From: Takakia lepidozioides
Lineage: Eukaryota; Plantae; Bryophyta
Assembly: GCA_030704615.1 (NCBI GenBank)
Contig: CM060733.1
Location: 33,914,001 to 33,978,000, forward strand
Direction of reading: 5' to 3'
Length of the DNA stretch: 64,000 bases
Positions 50,401 through 63,439 of this stretch are shown piece after piece. Position 1 is the first letter of the stretch, and the number at the start of each line of letters is the position of its first letter. Below the pieces are notes generated by a model, which made no database searches, was not told the origin of the DNA, and saw only the letters and a list, made by a program, of their open reading frames with translations. A program made the position numbers and the translations under genes.

Positions 50401-52243
50401 GTAATACCTCAAACAATGAAACTTTGCATCATTGTCAATTTGAATTTTGGATTGTGATATTTAGTATGCCTGCAGACTGGGGGATGAATGCCAAGGGCAG
50501 TCACATAACATATCTTTTTTCTCTTTCTAGACATTTCTCATAAAGACCGGCCAAACTTACTTTGAAACAGGCTATTTTCTCCTCTCACTAAGTTGTAATT
50601 AAGGTGCCTGATTTGTGAGCCATTCAATCCCCAGTGTTTCCATTTAACCATCCAATAATAATAGTAGAAAAGTTTTCCTCAGGCTTTTGGATTTGGTTGT
50701 GTATATAAATAAATCTATATAAATCTTAAAAAAAATCTATCAACATATTCTATCCCTTTATGTGCAACTTTGTTTTACATATCTTTTCCTTAAAAGAAAA
50801 TCATCCCTTTAAGACTGATTAATATACATATCATCTCATTTCTTTCATCTACTTGGCAATTACTTTAGTGTAAAGTGAGTGAGAGGTCAGACTCATCATC
50901 TCATTTTTTGTAAATTTGAATTTTCCATTGCCGCTCTTCTAACGTGGGTTTCACTTTGCTGGCAGGGATGAACCTTGCAAGTTCCGACAGCTGAGTTTCA
51001 TCCGGGGACAGCCCAATTGATGGGCCAGCACACAACGCTGCTACGTGGCGGGACATGTGCGGATGAGTAACTGCAGCTGTCCCCGCCATCAATGCGCTGC
51101 TCCCTGTGTCGTGGATGAACCCTTTCATCCGTTATTGTGTTCTGGCAGCGTTCATCTTGGACTTGAATGCGCCGAGGACAAATGTTCAATTCCGACATCG
51201 CCTCCGATATTAATGCAATCCCATAAAAAGTGACATTTTTTGTTTTTTAAAACATTTATATATATATATATTTTTAATAGTGTATGGGTCATTCGAGATT
51301 CCATGCTTGCGGCCGATAAAGCATTCCCGGATTCCCGATCAATGCGGTGTAATTTGCGAGGGTCGGCAGGGTGGACCATTTGCAACACGGGATTCTATCA
51401 ATCTTGGTGGGCCTTGACCAACTCATACGCAATGGTTTGGCCATCCACATTCGAAGCTCACGGAACATTTGAGAATAAAATCAAGCTCTTAGATAATTGC
51501 GTTCCCTAAAAGAATTTTGCACGACCGACCGGTCGGTGGATGGGGACCGGTGGATGGTGCACCCAGGCCGGGACGCCGGGCTCAAATCCAGCTACCTCGT
51601 CCTGTGTGTGATAATAATATATGACGCCTCCTGAAGGAAGCGTAAATTATGGTGTCTCTTGACCGTGAAGGAAAGGGATGATATTATAGCTCAGTCGCCT
51701 CTATCTCTCATGCATGGCTCATAAATGAAAGAGGGTTATATTCCCCGCTTCCATGTTTCCTTTATGTATTATGGAATGCGCCGGCAGAAGACATCCGGTA
51801 AGCTGCTCGCCGAAGAAAGTGGCGAGCAAGACCTTTTCGGGGTGGGCAAATGAAAGATTGTCATTTGCCCCGCTCATTACATTGCGTAATATGTCCATGG
51901 GTCGGCAATTCTGACCACGACCAGAAAAGTCCCTAACAAGCCCGCAAAAAATGGTCACGATTCTACCTAGTAACAGACCTAAAAAGCAGCAGAAGCGACT
52001 ACCTACTAACTATTACGAAAAAATGGAAATCTCCGTATGTGACAACCGGTCAAATTCTAACATCCGGCCGGGCGGAATGAATTACATTTCGACGGCACAA
52101 TCCAAGGACTACCAAATAGATCAAATCCTGAAATGTGCATCATAGTTTTCAAAATTTGGGCCACATAATTACAGGGAGCCAGAAAAAATAAAAAATAAAA
52201 AATAAAAAGGTTCAAGGGGGGCTACGAACTGGATAAATAAGTA

Positions 52244-52316
52244 CTAGATAATGGCCACCGGGCCGACCCGGCGAGGGGCGGGGCCGCCAGCAGGGTCAAC
52301 CGGTGGCCATTATGGA
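52244..52316 (-). mobile_element. Possible minimal non-autonomous Helitron
   Basis: The - strand starts TC and ends gccggg-tcgg-cccggt, 9 nt, CTAG|t. It has a 14-bp perfect inverted repeat at 52248-52261 / 52300-52313. Confidence 0.45.
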
Positions 52317-52932
52317 ACGTAATTGGAATAGGGGAGTATTACTCGGGCTACAAACCCAGATGTCGATATCAGAGCTAGGATAGCCAAGAAAAACGTGCCA
52401 CGTGGTGAAATGTGGCAAACTCCCTTGACAAGTGAAGGGCCAAACCCTGAGAAACCTTGGGTGGCAGCTGGAATACGACCCCATGTCCAATTACGTATTA
52501 TGAATGGCAGGGTCTCGGGACTTGTGATCGCGACATCTTGTCCCGTGGCGACGGCGCCGTCAGCAATCGGGCGTCGCCGTCCGACGGTGGCAGGCGACCG
52601 TTGGCGCGCGGCAACTTACACGCACGGCACTGACGGCGCCATCGCTCCTGACGGCTCCGTCCTTCGCCATCCGTTTGAACTTTGAACGCCGTCCCGTCCG
52701 CAGACGGAGCAGACAGTCGAGGGAGACGGCACGTGTGGGCGAGCTGTGATTGGCGAGGCTCGGCGCCCTCGCCGAGGCTGCGCTGTGCCTTGCATGCTGC
52801 TGCTTAGTCTTTTTTCTCTCTCGCTCGCTCTGTCGCTGCTTCCTCTTTTCCTCTTTTCCTCTGGCGCTTTGCCGAGCGAAATTTGAGGCGTGAGGAATTG
52901 GGGAAGGAAGGGGGCAGGGAGAGCAACATAAG

Positions 52933-55900
52933 ATGCCTTCGGGGCCAAAGAAGCGGAAAGCAGCCAGGAGAAGGAAGCAGGGGTCTCCGGGTTCGCCATA
53001 TCTTGATGGTCACAGCGATGTGCATTCGGGTGTGTTTTCTTGGGCATACTCTCTCGTCGTCCTGTCGGTATGGATCGTTGTGCATTTTGGGTTTTCTGCG
53101 GTTCTGTGATTGTTCCAGTATGCTGCTTGTGCTCATAGTTTGATGGATTCTCTCCGTGATTCAGAGATGGATCCCACTTGCCCGTGAGATGGATCTCACT
53201 GAGTGGGGTAGTCGATGACATGCACTTGACTGGTATATTTTTTCCGGTCGTTTTGGAGGAGGTGGTGAGGGCTAATCTGGTTATGGTGCTTACAGTTGCG
53301 CTCTTGTTGTTTGCAGATAAGGACACGGAGAGGGCGTCGGTCGGTGAATCTCACTTGTCGGATGAAGGCATACCGAGCCCCGACGCGTCTGAAGTAGTGA
53401 ACCGGAGATTGGAGTTGGACACGAAGGAGGGGGCGTCTTTCCAAACGGAGGAGTGGGTCAGGGTCTCGGATTTTGATGTGGGCACTCCTACGTCAACCAC
53501 AGCTCACTCGAAGGTTGATTACGATGGAGCTGCGGAGGATAGCTGTGGTGATGCAAGGGATCATGACAAGCTGGCTGATTGGGAAACGGTTTCCAGGTAC
53601 ACTGGCGGAGGGGAGTCTTCTGCCGAAGACGTCACTGATATTCTGGATGCAGACCAACTGGTTGTTGACGATGAAGGGAAGTCACCGAGCGAAGGCCATG
53701 GAGAGGAATCCGGCAGTGGATTGTTACGTGTGAGCGAGGGGAGTTTCGAACTTCCTTCATCAGATAAGCAAGACTATGGAGAGCACAACAATGGCTGTGC
53801 CAAGGAGGAAGACCGTGCCAGCAGTATTGTGGTAGTAACGTCGGAGGATCAAGATTCATCTCTGCACAGCAGCATCGTCGAAGTTACTTCGCAGGAGGAT
53901 GATGACCATGCTAGCAGTATTGGGGAAGTGGCTGAAGAGCAAGAAGATGAGGGACGGACCTGCACTACTGCCCATGAAGAAGAGGACGATGGAGACCAAT
54001 CCAGCAACAGCGGGGAGCTTGCTTTACCAGAAAAAGACAAAGGTTGGAGCTTTCAAACTGCTGGAGTTTCTTACCCGGAGAAGCCTGAGGATGAAGAACA
54101 AGCCAGCAGAATTGAGGAAATCGTTTCACAGGCAAAGCAGGAGGACGGAAATCCGGGTGCTGGGGACGTAGATGGGGGCGATGGGGGACCTGGAACAACG
54201 GAAGTATATTCACGAGATGGGGAAGACCGAGCCAGCACTGCTACGGAGAACCGAGTGGATGAAGGCCAAGTCAGCTGTGCTTTGGAAACACCAGTGGAAG
54301 AAGAGGGAAGCATTGAAGCTGTAGAATTCACTCCACCAGGGAAGGAAGACGATGAGGACCAAGTAAGGATTGGTGCTGAAGTTCATACCCCAGGAAAGGA
54401 AGAGGACAAAGATCGAAGCATGGAAACAGTGGAGATCGCTCCGGCAGAGGATCAAAAAGTCATTCGAGAAGCTGCAGAGTTCACTCCACCAGAGGAGCAA
54501 GATGATGAGGAGCAAGAAAGAAATAGTGGGGAAGTTTCTACCCCAGGAAAGGAAGAGAACGAAGATCAAGGCAGTGGAACAGTGGCGGTCTCTCCTTCAG
54601 AGAGTTACGAAGATGACCATGGCAGTCCCATTGCTGAGCTCACTTCAGCTGATAAGCTAGGGGATGAAGAGGGTCACCTCTCTATTTCTAATGTTTCTCT
54701 TCTTCTGCAACAAGAGGAAGAAAGACTAAGCATGGATACTACAAAACCTCCTGCTGACAAATTAACCAGTATAGAAGCATCTTGTGGTGAGGTGTATTTG
54801 CAACCTGTAGCAGTTGAGGCCACTCCTTTGAACGAAGAGAGTGACGAGCTGCATGATGCCACCTTGAGGGTAGATGCTCTACCCACTGATGGACAACAAG
54901 AGTTTAGTGACTCTGGGCCTGGAGGGAAAATTGGGATGGTAGAGACTGACAGTACGACGAGCCACTCGGAGGAGAAAGAGGCCACTCCCACCGCACAACC
55001 TTCAAGTGGAGATCTTGGTGTAAGTCCTGATGCTACATTAGCCAAAGGAGAGGAGGCGGATAGCTTGGTGCACACCAGCAGTGAGCCTGGTGCTGAATTG
55101 CCAAATGTGGATGCTGAACCAAGTAAGGATGCTGATGCCGCAATTTTATTCGGCAAGGGACTCAACATAGGTAGCCCTGGAGGACCTGCGATCTACCTTT
55201 TTCACTTCAACTCAGTACCTTCAGTAAAGTCTGAGGTGAGTCCGTAAGCCTGTAGCAATTTCCAGTTATACGTTTATTTTTTGAAAGTTGCTATGTTTGA
55301 AATCTTGATAATGTCCAAGCATTGAGTTAGCAAACTATTGCTCTAATTGTTTGGGTATTACTGTACGTCGTCTCACCCAGCCCTCAACAGGTCTTGAAAT
55401 TGTCATTCACAACCAGAATATGCTGGTATTCAAACAAAAGAGTCCAATATTTTTGGCAGGGCTATGTGTGGTAGTATGACACACTAACAGGTTTTTGAGA
55501 CATTACAGCTGGAGTTGTTTGTCTCTAAATGTGCATGTTATTATCAAGTGGGGAAAGCTCCCTGCACGGGTACTGGGAGTACTAGGGTATGTTAGAATTT
55601 CATTCTGAAGAGAATAAGAACCTGTGTATCCATGATTGCCCACAATTGAAATGAGGATGACAATGGCCCTCAAGAATAAGCATGTATATGGCGTTTTAGG
55701 CTTCACAAACAACCTTCTTGTTTTTCCTGATTGAATACCAAATGTTTACCTTTGCTGAGTCTTCCCCTATCGACATAGAAACTCAGTTGTTCGCACCCTT
55801 GGGAACTGACGCAGTCAATGGTGGTAGTCAAAGAAGTCACTGTTATGCAGGATATAGTTGATTGTCTGGCACTCTTAAATTGACTAGTCTGAGTTCTGAG

Positions 55901-56200
55901 ACATCTTGGAAATCTGTTATTTATGTTTTGGTGGCTATCTCACTTCATCTTTCATTTAATCTTTTGTTACCACTTGAATGTGAGTTCAGAGCTCACTAGG
56001 TTATTATATGTTTATACATATTTGTATACCCACCATTGTGTTGAGTAGATGTGTGACAGAGAATGCCTCTTTCTTTACTCTGTTTCTTCTTTCAGGTTCA
56101 GGCAAGATCCAGAGAGCAGGTGGAGGAGCCAGCATCACTGAAGGGGTGCTGTGGTCCCATTAATTGGTTAGTTGGCCGGTTGCTTGGCCGCACTGATTAA
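52933..56200 (+). CDS. Uncharacterised acidic, disordered plant protein (MPSGPKKRKAA N-terminus, CCG C-terminal motif)
   Basis: Exons 52933-53029, 53317-55235 and 56096-56200 splice in frame with GT-AG. The terminal motifs resemble a plant family I recall as MPSG(A/P)KKRKAA...CCG. Confidence 0.85.
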
Positions 56201-57567
56201 GATATCATGGCTGTTCTATGTAGGAGGACACTCTTTTTTCCAATGAAAATGGTAGGACCAGGGATAGGAATTGGAAACACAAGGACAATTCATTTTCGCA
56301 TCTCTCAGCAAGGCTCTAAGAGAGTGTAAAGATTTTTGTTTGACTAATGGTTTGCTTTCTTCACACTTGTCATGTCGAGATGAGCACTTCAGGCTCTGCT
56401 ATATATATGTTAAATATTGATAGCTGTAACATAGTACTGTATGCAGGGTGTAGAGGGTAAAGATGGTACGTAGATTGCTTTCCGGAGACAGCTATTTCCG
56501 CGCTGTCTTTACTGTGGTGTCAAACAAAATCTAGCTGTTGTCATCCACTTGCTAATAATAATACCCCCGATTCAATGCACTGACTAAAACTTCACATCTA
56601 TTGTGATTTTTTGCTTCACTATTGTTCATTATTGTCTGTTCTGTTCTGTCTATCGATGCTATTAGTTTGGATACCTTTCCTCAAACCACTCCTCAGGTAG
56701 GTTGTACGTTGATCTTTCATTTCCAGTGGTGTACACAAATGAAATGTGGTTTGTCTTGCAGGTTATGTTTTTCTCACCTATTGTATATACTTCCAATTTT
56801 GTTGCTGATCAGTTTTGGAGAGTGATGTTCATGGTGCATCATACCATACCTATTGCAATTGTCCGCAGAGATTAGATAACATGTTTTGTTGCCAGCAAAC
56901 ACTTTCAATACTTGGCTCCAATGTGAATAACAGGTGTTATCAGGAAGGTTTCTGTGAACCAAGTTTTTGGACTTTTGTGCACATACAAACTAATTGCAGC
57001 TATGGAAGATTCTGGTGATATGGTCAAGCACCCTAGCCTAACACCTCGTATCATCTTCATCCTTGGTATTATAACCTGTGCCTAAGCTGAGCACAGGCAT
57101 TGATCAGCCATGAGGATGGGGACATGTCTGTGATGGCCCAAGTCTGACTTCCGGTGCTCCTCTTCTGCAACAATCACAGTTCAATTGCCAGGACATGTTT
57201 TGGCTTGCTGATAGCGGGAATGTATTTTTTTCTCTTCTTGTTAACCAGGAAATGGATTATCTTGAATTTGTTTGCGCAAAGTCAACAAGTGGAAAATGTG
57301 AGATAATCAGAGATACTAGCATGCAACTATTTTCTTCACATGATACAAAGAATTTTAAATTGAAAACAGTTCTTGCCACATGTCCACACTTCTGTCCAAA
57401 TAATACTGGTCCACACAACCACCAAAGACAACTCTTCCAAAAAGGTTCAAGCGCGGAGGCTAGTCTGCAATGGAGAATCCTCCGATCCTCAATTCTGATG
57501 AGTTTTCTAGCAGATTTCTAGCAGATTTTCTAGCATATTTGCACGAATTTGCCTTCCATCAATCCGC

Positions 57568-60500
57568 CTACTCTGATGACGATTTGGGAAGATCGAGACT
57601 ACCAAGCCTGCTTTTCCGAAATTGGTTCCAAGTGCTTACAGCTTTCTCGAGTCCTTCTGAGGCTACGAGCCTTACTCCTTCGACTCCTCGTTGTAGAGAC
57701 ACATCCAGCTACACCCCACATCATGTTCCTGAATATACTACAGGGTGATTCTACAGGATGACACTGCTGACTACAAAGAGGACTGTCAGAGAGACGAGAT
57801 GTACACATCTAAACAACCCCTGCAAACCTCTTAAGGGCATAGAGCCAGCACGATAGAATGACACAGATTGTTTGGCAGCAGCACGAAGTTCTGGTGCCAA
57901 GAGGTGTCCTGAAGAGCCCTGACGAACTTGGATTGGTAGTTCTTACACCTTTATCTAAATTCAGTCTACCTGTCTTTGACTGACAACGGAGTATGGCCCT
58001 CCTGACATAGCCAGATAGGCCACCCGAGTGAAGTGATGTGTTGTCAGCCTTCAATAAATCGAAACATCAGGGACAAATCGTAAATATAGACAGGACATTC
58101 TCCCACACCTTTGCAGTGACCAGTTTTTACGAATTACTCTGTTTCGCCTCAACAGAGCACACTGAAGGACAGTTACATCTGTTTTGAATAGAACTATCTT
58201 CCAGTCCTCCTTTCAAAAGCAACCACTCTTTAGTCGTGATGCTGCAAACAAACCCAAAAGCTCCAACATGTGCCACGGACTCACCTCTTCCCTTTCATCT
58301 GAGCTAAATTTTTGAAGCACATATGCCTTTGGATCCATTCTTCCCGGTGGCCTCCCTATGCCTGTACCCCATCCATTGAAGACAATCCGTCCACGTGAGA
58401 ACACATCTTACTTCACTTCAATCAATCTATTTGGTTCAATATTTTCCTATGCAGCAGGTGAATCGATAGGTTTCTACTTGTAATTTCTGTAATCTGATGG
58501 TGCTTGTTGTTCTTGTTAGATTCAGTTTATTTAACCAATTTCTGAATAACCAGCAGACATTTTACAGGTACTTACTGCAACAAATCCGGCATCCCTACTC
58601 TCAGCATGAAAAAGTAACTGGTGATGAACAAAAGATCACCACACGAAGTATGGCCTACATCCATTGGAATACATATGATGGAATGTCATTGTCATTTGTT
58701 CATTTGTTTATTTCTCAAAGAAGCACGGTTCTTCCATGCAAGTTCCAAAATCACATCCTGAATGGCATGCTTCGCTCATCAGTACTGTAAAACTTAATGG
58801 CCATTTATGAGGTGGCAACGGAAGGCAAGGCAAGGAGTACCAATGCGCATACGGGGAAAGTCACGACTGCCTCTGAGATGCTGGATCAAACTCTTCATCC
58901 TGCCAATACAACCATTATTCCCCTATACCTCCTTGTTACAAACAGCACGCACCAGGGACAATTTGCACTCATTCCAACATGTTTTTAGTCTAGTTTCAAA
59001 TCAGGCATCGCAAATGATGAAGAAAGATCCTTCCACTGCCCTCCCACCACAAAACACCTATTGTAGTTCTCCCTGACCTTCCTCCCTCCCCTGCTACCTG
59101 GCTGGTAACTTTTAGAGCTGCAGCATCCAATGATGCTAAAGTGAATGGGTTTCTATTTAGGATCTGGAAGGCCAGAATCAGCTACAGGAGCAACTTCCAC
59201 CATGTGTGGGCACCATTCCTGTCCCCCCTCCCCACTTTCTCTGGCCCCAACCTACTCCCCTACACAACAGCTACAGAAATTATGGTTGCAAGACGGTGGT
59301 GAGTAATGCCTAGTGACTACTCTCTCTCTTTCCTGAAAGATACTGAAAATCACCCGTTATGACCTCCATGACCACCCTTGGGTAACATGCGCATCACAGC
59401 AAACTCCAGATCAAGATCATCGTAGATCTGAAGCCAGCACAAGATAGCACAGATAAAACTGGAATTAAAACAATCTACATCACTTACTTTGAAAGAAATG
59501 GCAATCACTAAGAAGAGAAACACGGGTAAATCCTCAGTACCTGTAAACTGTCAAAAGGACTTTCTGTGAAGTACTTCATGCATGAATGATTGCAGAAGTA
59601 CAAAAATGCTCTTCAGATGTGCACTTGAAATAACAACCACAGATAAATCACACAAGACATTTGTACTAAGCATACACACCACAAAAACACGATTCACTGG
59701 GATTTTATAGTAGGATGCAATCGGCCCCACCTGCACCATCACACAAAGAACAACCACAGCAACCGTTGTTTTACACACCATATGTATACTGAGTTTAGTT
59801 CAATCAAGAGGACAAGTGGCCACAGATTTACTGCTTTAAACGCATATGGCACAGACCCAAATTTTGAACATCTACACATGAAGAGTGACGAGAAAGAGTG
59901 CTTACAGATTCTCCACTCAAATTCACATATGTTTGTGGTTTAGCAAGAAGAACTGGTGTGCCTTCAATATGCCCTGCACATACAGGCTTGTGTACACACA
60001 CCACAAACCCATGTATTTAATTGACCCCCTTTTGATAGTTCCATCTTGTCTGTTGTTGGCCTTGGTTTGACACCCTAGGTATCATATCCGAGGCACACCT
60101 AAACATGATGGTACTTTAAAAGGAACTCAAACTGCAGTCTGCCACATTGATGCCCGCTACAGGTTGCAGTTGAACAACAATTGGCCCTACATAAGAAACT
60201 TCTACCTTTTCCAAGAAGAGATTTGTGTTGAATAGTTGTGAGGGGAATGCCCTCTGCTTGCGAAATGGCATCAATCATCTCAAACCCAACCTAGCCACAG
60301 AAAACCACAAGCCACTTTTCTTACTTTGAACCTGATTGCAGACCTGCATTCAACAACACTGACTGCAATAATTGTGCAGAGTGTTGCAGTTCAATTACAA
60401 CAAAGAAGACATTACTATGCCTGGACAGAAATTTCACAGACAGTGTGGTGTACATTTCAACAAGCCCAGAAAACTGCGGCATGCACAAACAATGCATGGA

Positions 60501-60870
60501 AAATTCTCTCTTCAGTGTGTCTGTCAATGCACTGCAAATTGAGAGAATGGCAGGAAACAGCAGCTGAGGCACCAGACATGAAAAGTTAAAAAGTTAAAGA
60601 CCCACATACATACAAGACACAAAGTGTGAAATGAATCTGAGCAAGAAAAGGAGTAAACAGCAGACAGACATTGTGACGAGTGCCTTGATACTTGGAGCCC
60701 GGATTTCCCAATCCCACCAGCAACCAGGGAGGGGGCCGTGCAAGAGCCTCCGACGAACAGGCCCTGACGGACATGCAACCATGCTTGGCACGGCGCTGCC
60801 ACACTGGTATCCCTGCCCCCAACGGACCACTCACACGCTGCAGCCGCACCCACGGTTGCACCTGCATCAT
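57568..60870 (-). CDS. PTH: Peptidyl-tRNA hydrolase (Pth1 family), probably organelle-targeted
   Basis: Eight exons (60870-60670, 60290-60206, 59973-59906, 59730-59680, 59427-59354, 58899-58841, 58361-58285, 57708-57568). Motifs: VGLGNPG..TRHNVG, LAKPQTYVNLSG, IYDDLDL, GGHGGHNG, RMRIGIGRPP. The N-terminus looks like a transit peptide. Confidence 0.95.
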
Positions 60871-61631
60871 CTCCTTCGTGAAAGCCCCCACCCAAACGTC
60901 TCTCTTTGAAATTCTCTATATCTCCCCTTTCCTCTCTCTCCCTTTGTCTCCCCTTTCTTGTGTCTAATCTTCGCTCTCTCTCTCAAGTGTGAAAAGAAAC
61001 GGGGGATGAATGAACACAGCAACCAAGACGGATGGCAGAGGGGATGACCTAGACTGTAGGACACACGGACAGGTTAGCTACCAAAACTTTTGAGCACGTC
61101 CACATTGGAAAGTTATTACAAGCATTCGTGAGGCGCTGCGAGATGTTCCTGCGCATTGCGAAGAGTTTATACTCGAATCTCATTGTATGCATTGGAGCAC
61201 TGAATGATCACCTCTGTGTATTATCGAAACGATGAAAACCGTGTGGTGCCATGGCAAAAAAATCTTGGTTCTATTTAAGTAGCAAGCTACCAGGTTTCAA
61301 GACGAATTGCCAAAGGTATGGATTCGGAGTGCAACTGAAATCAGAATTTGGGGTTCTAGTAGAGTGAAGCAGGGAGTCAGATGAGCACAGGGAAGATCGT
61401 ACTGTTTCAAAGTGAACATGGGTCTTTTAAATGGCTTAAGATCTCTTCATGCGTCAGCAGATGGCTGTAGTACGTTCCTTTTCCTCATCGCTTCGGAATT
61501 GGGAGGTGGACGACTCTACAGTCGAACAATTGTGACAGTTTCCTCGTGGACATTATAAGCGGAGCATCTGTTCTGTGTATTTTGGGTAGCTCAGTCTGCT
61601 ATTTCTACTTGTGGGGCAGTGGAGAGGAGCG

Positions 61632-61763
61632 ATGATGGCAGGGGCGCCGGCAGAGACACAGGGCAGCACAGCGCTCAAGGCGCTGGCAACGGAACGCATA
61701 TCACAGTGCATCCAAGGCTCCGCCAAGCTTCTACATCTTATTCGCAACTCCTCGCACTCTGAG
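61632..61763 (+). CDS. Possible first exon of a BORCS7-like (BORC subunit 7) gene
   Basis: MMAGAPAETQGSTALKALATERISQCIQGSAKLLHLIRNSSHSE aligns by eye with my recollection of the human BORCS7 N-terminus. It is divergent from PTH. No downstream exons were identified. Confidence 0.4.
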
Positions 61764-61805
61764 GCCTGTCGCAAATTCACTCTCTCTGCATGTATAGTGA
61801 CTATT

Positions 61806-62882
61806 CAGAGAGAATGTAATCATAAGACGTCGTTTGCTATAGCCTTGTGGGAATAAACACTACCTTTGTGAGGGGCTCGCTCGGTAGTGGGTCTTATTGG
61901 TATAAACAATTAGTACGGGCTTTCCAGATATCCTCTAGAAAACTCTTCACACAAGAATCAATCTGCAGTGTGTGAGCTGCCCAGCAATTAGACCCCAACA
62001 GCGCTAGGGCTTTAGGCTCAGCCTCAAGATTTTCAAAGTTGGTGAACAGAGGTGCAGGAACAAAGGTATTGCTGTTACTGAAGTGGGTCATTCTCTGGTG
62101 AGAATACCCTGGACAATGTATCAGAGAATGGATATTGTCTTCAGGCTGCCCACACATCGTACCCTAGGGAGCAAGAAAGCCAGGAAAAAATAACCCTGCA
62201 AGGTCAATTACAATCTCCTTTCCTTTCTGCGTCTGTTTTTTGTTCAAAGGTAGGCTCCCCACCCTGAGCTTAAATTTCAACCAAGTGCCTAGGGAAGATA
62301 GGCCCTTCGGATCATCCTTAAGGTCCTCCCCCATGTTACAGACTGGAAACAAGTTCAGGGAAGTTTTACCCCTAACCTCTTCATCGGCCAGTCTTTGGGC
62401 ATCTGACACATGGGCTTAGACTCAACAACCTCCAGGTCAGCTTCATCTAGCAGGGTCAATTGTTCTGGGCTAAAATTCAGATACTTGAAAATGACTTGTA
62501 CCCTCTTCCCCCAGGATTTACCCTGTTTAACAGGATAGTGCTTCCACGATATAGTCCATTATCATAGGGTATCTGGTATTAGACATGCGATTCAACTGAC
62601 CCACCTTGAACAACTCATCACGTCTAGAGCTTAAGGGAGGTATGCCAAACTTGCCCCGAATAGCCATTGATAGCTGTTGTGGAGCATGCTCTCTTTGAGG
62701 ACCGCAACCTCATGGACTCTAGAGATTTAGAATGGTTGGAGTTGTACCCACACAGCAGATGCGTACTCCAATGCAGGCCTTATGACCCTGCAAAGCATGG
62801 TCCTTTTAAATTCAGTATTGATCCCTCTGCAGTGGAAAATTTTATTGAGACCCCAAGCTTTGCGTTTAACTGATTGAAATGT
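61806..62882 (-). mobile_element. 5'-truncated RTE/RTEX-like LINE copy
   Basis: Reverse complement of the tail lies at 61808-61836. Coding remnants include CGQPEDNIHSLIHCP, WLKFKLRVG and a thumb region matching 37600-38360. Confidence 0.85.
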
Positions 62883-62884
62883 TC

Positions 62885-63412
62885 AGAGAGAATGTACTCA
62901 TAAGACTTTGTTTGCCGTAGCCTTCAGAGAGAGAGAGAGAGAGAGAGAATGTACTAATAAGACTTTGTTTGCCGTAGCCTTCAGAGAGAGAGAGAGAGAG
63001 AGAATGTACTCATAAGACGTTGTTTGCCGTAGCCTTGTGGCCATCGACCCCGTGCCCAATTTGAGCGGAACACAAAGGGTCAGAACCTACCTCTGTTAGG
63101 GGCTGACGTCGGTTGTAAGACTTACCTTGAAATAAAACATTGATCCGGGTTTTCCAGATATCCTCTAGAAATCCCTTCACACAAGCATCAATCTGCTGTG
63201 TGTGGTTTGCCCAATAACTAGGCCCCAGAAGGGCCTGGGTTTTTGGCTCAGCCTCAAGACTTTCAAAGTTGGTAAACAGAGGTACAGGCACAATTCCCTT
63301 GATAGATTTGAGGAGAGCGTCTCTCTGGTGAGAGAACCCAGGACAGTGAATCAAAAAATGAATATTGTCTTCAGGTTGCCCACACAACGGGCAATTGCAC
63401 TCTCCCTTTCCT
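62885..63412 (-). mobile_element. 5'-truncated LINE copy with three tandem 3' ends separated by (CT)n
   Basis: agaatgtact(c/a)ataagac(t/g)ttgtttgccgtagcctt at ~62889, 62946 and 63001. ORF 63010-63519 carries CPLCGQPEDNIHFLIHCP. Confidence 0.9.
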
Positions 63413-63439
63413 CTCTCTCTCTCTCTCTCTGTCTCTCTC

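Noticed and set aside
53178-53316. Hydrophobic N-terminus of the 689-aa ORF as a signal or TM segment
   Set aside because: It is intron sequence read through. The true start is the ATG at 52933.
57568-60870. CRS2-type group II intron splicing factor instead of Pth
   Set aside because: The Pth catalytic motifs (GNPG, TRHN, DDLD, GHNG) are intact, so the ordinary hydrolase call is preferred.
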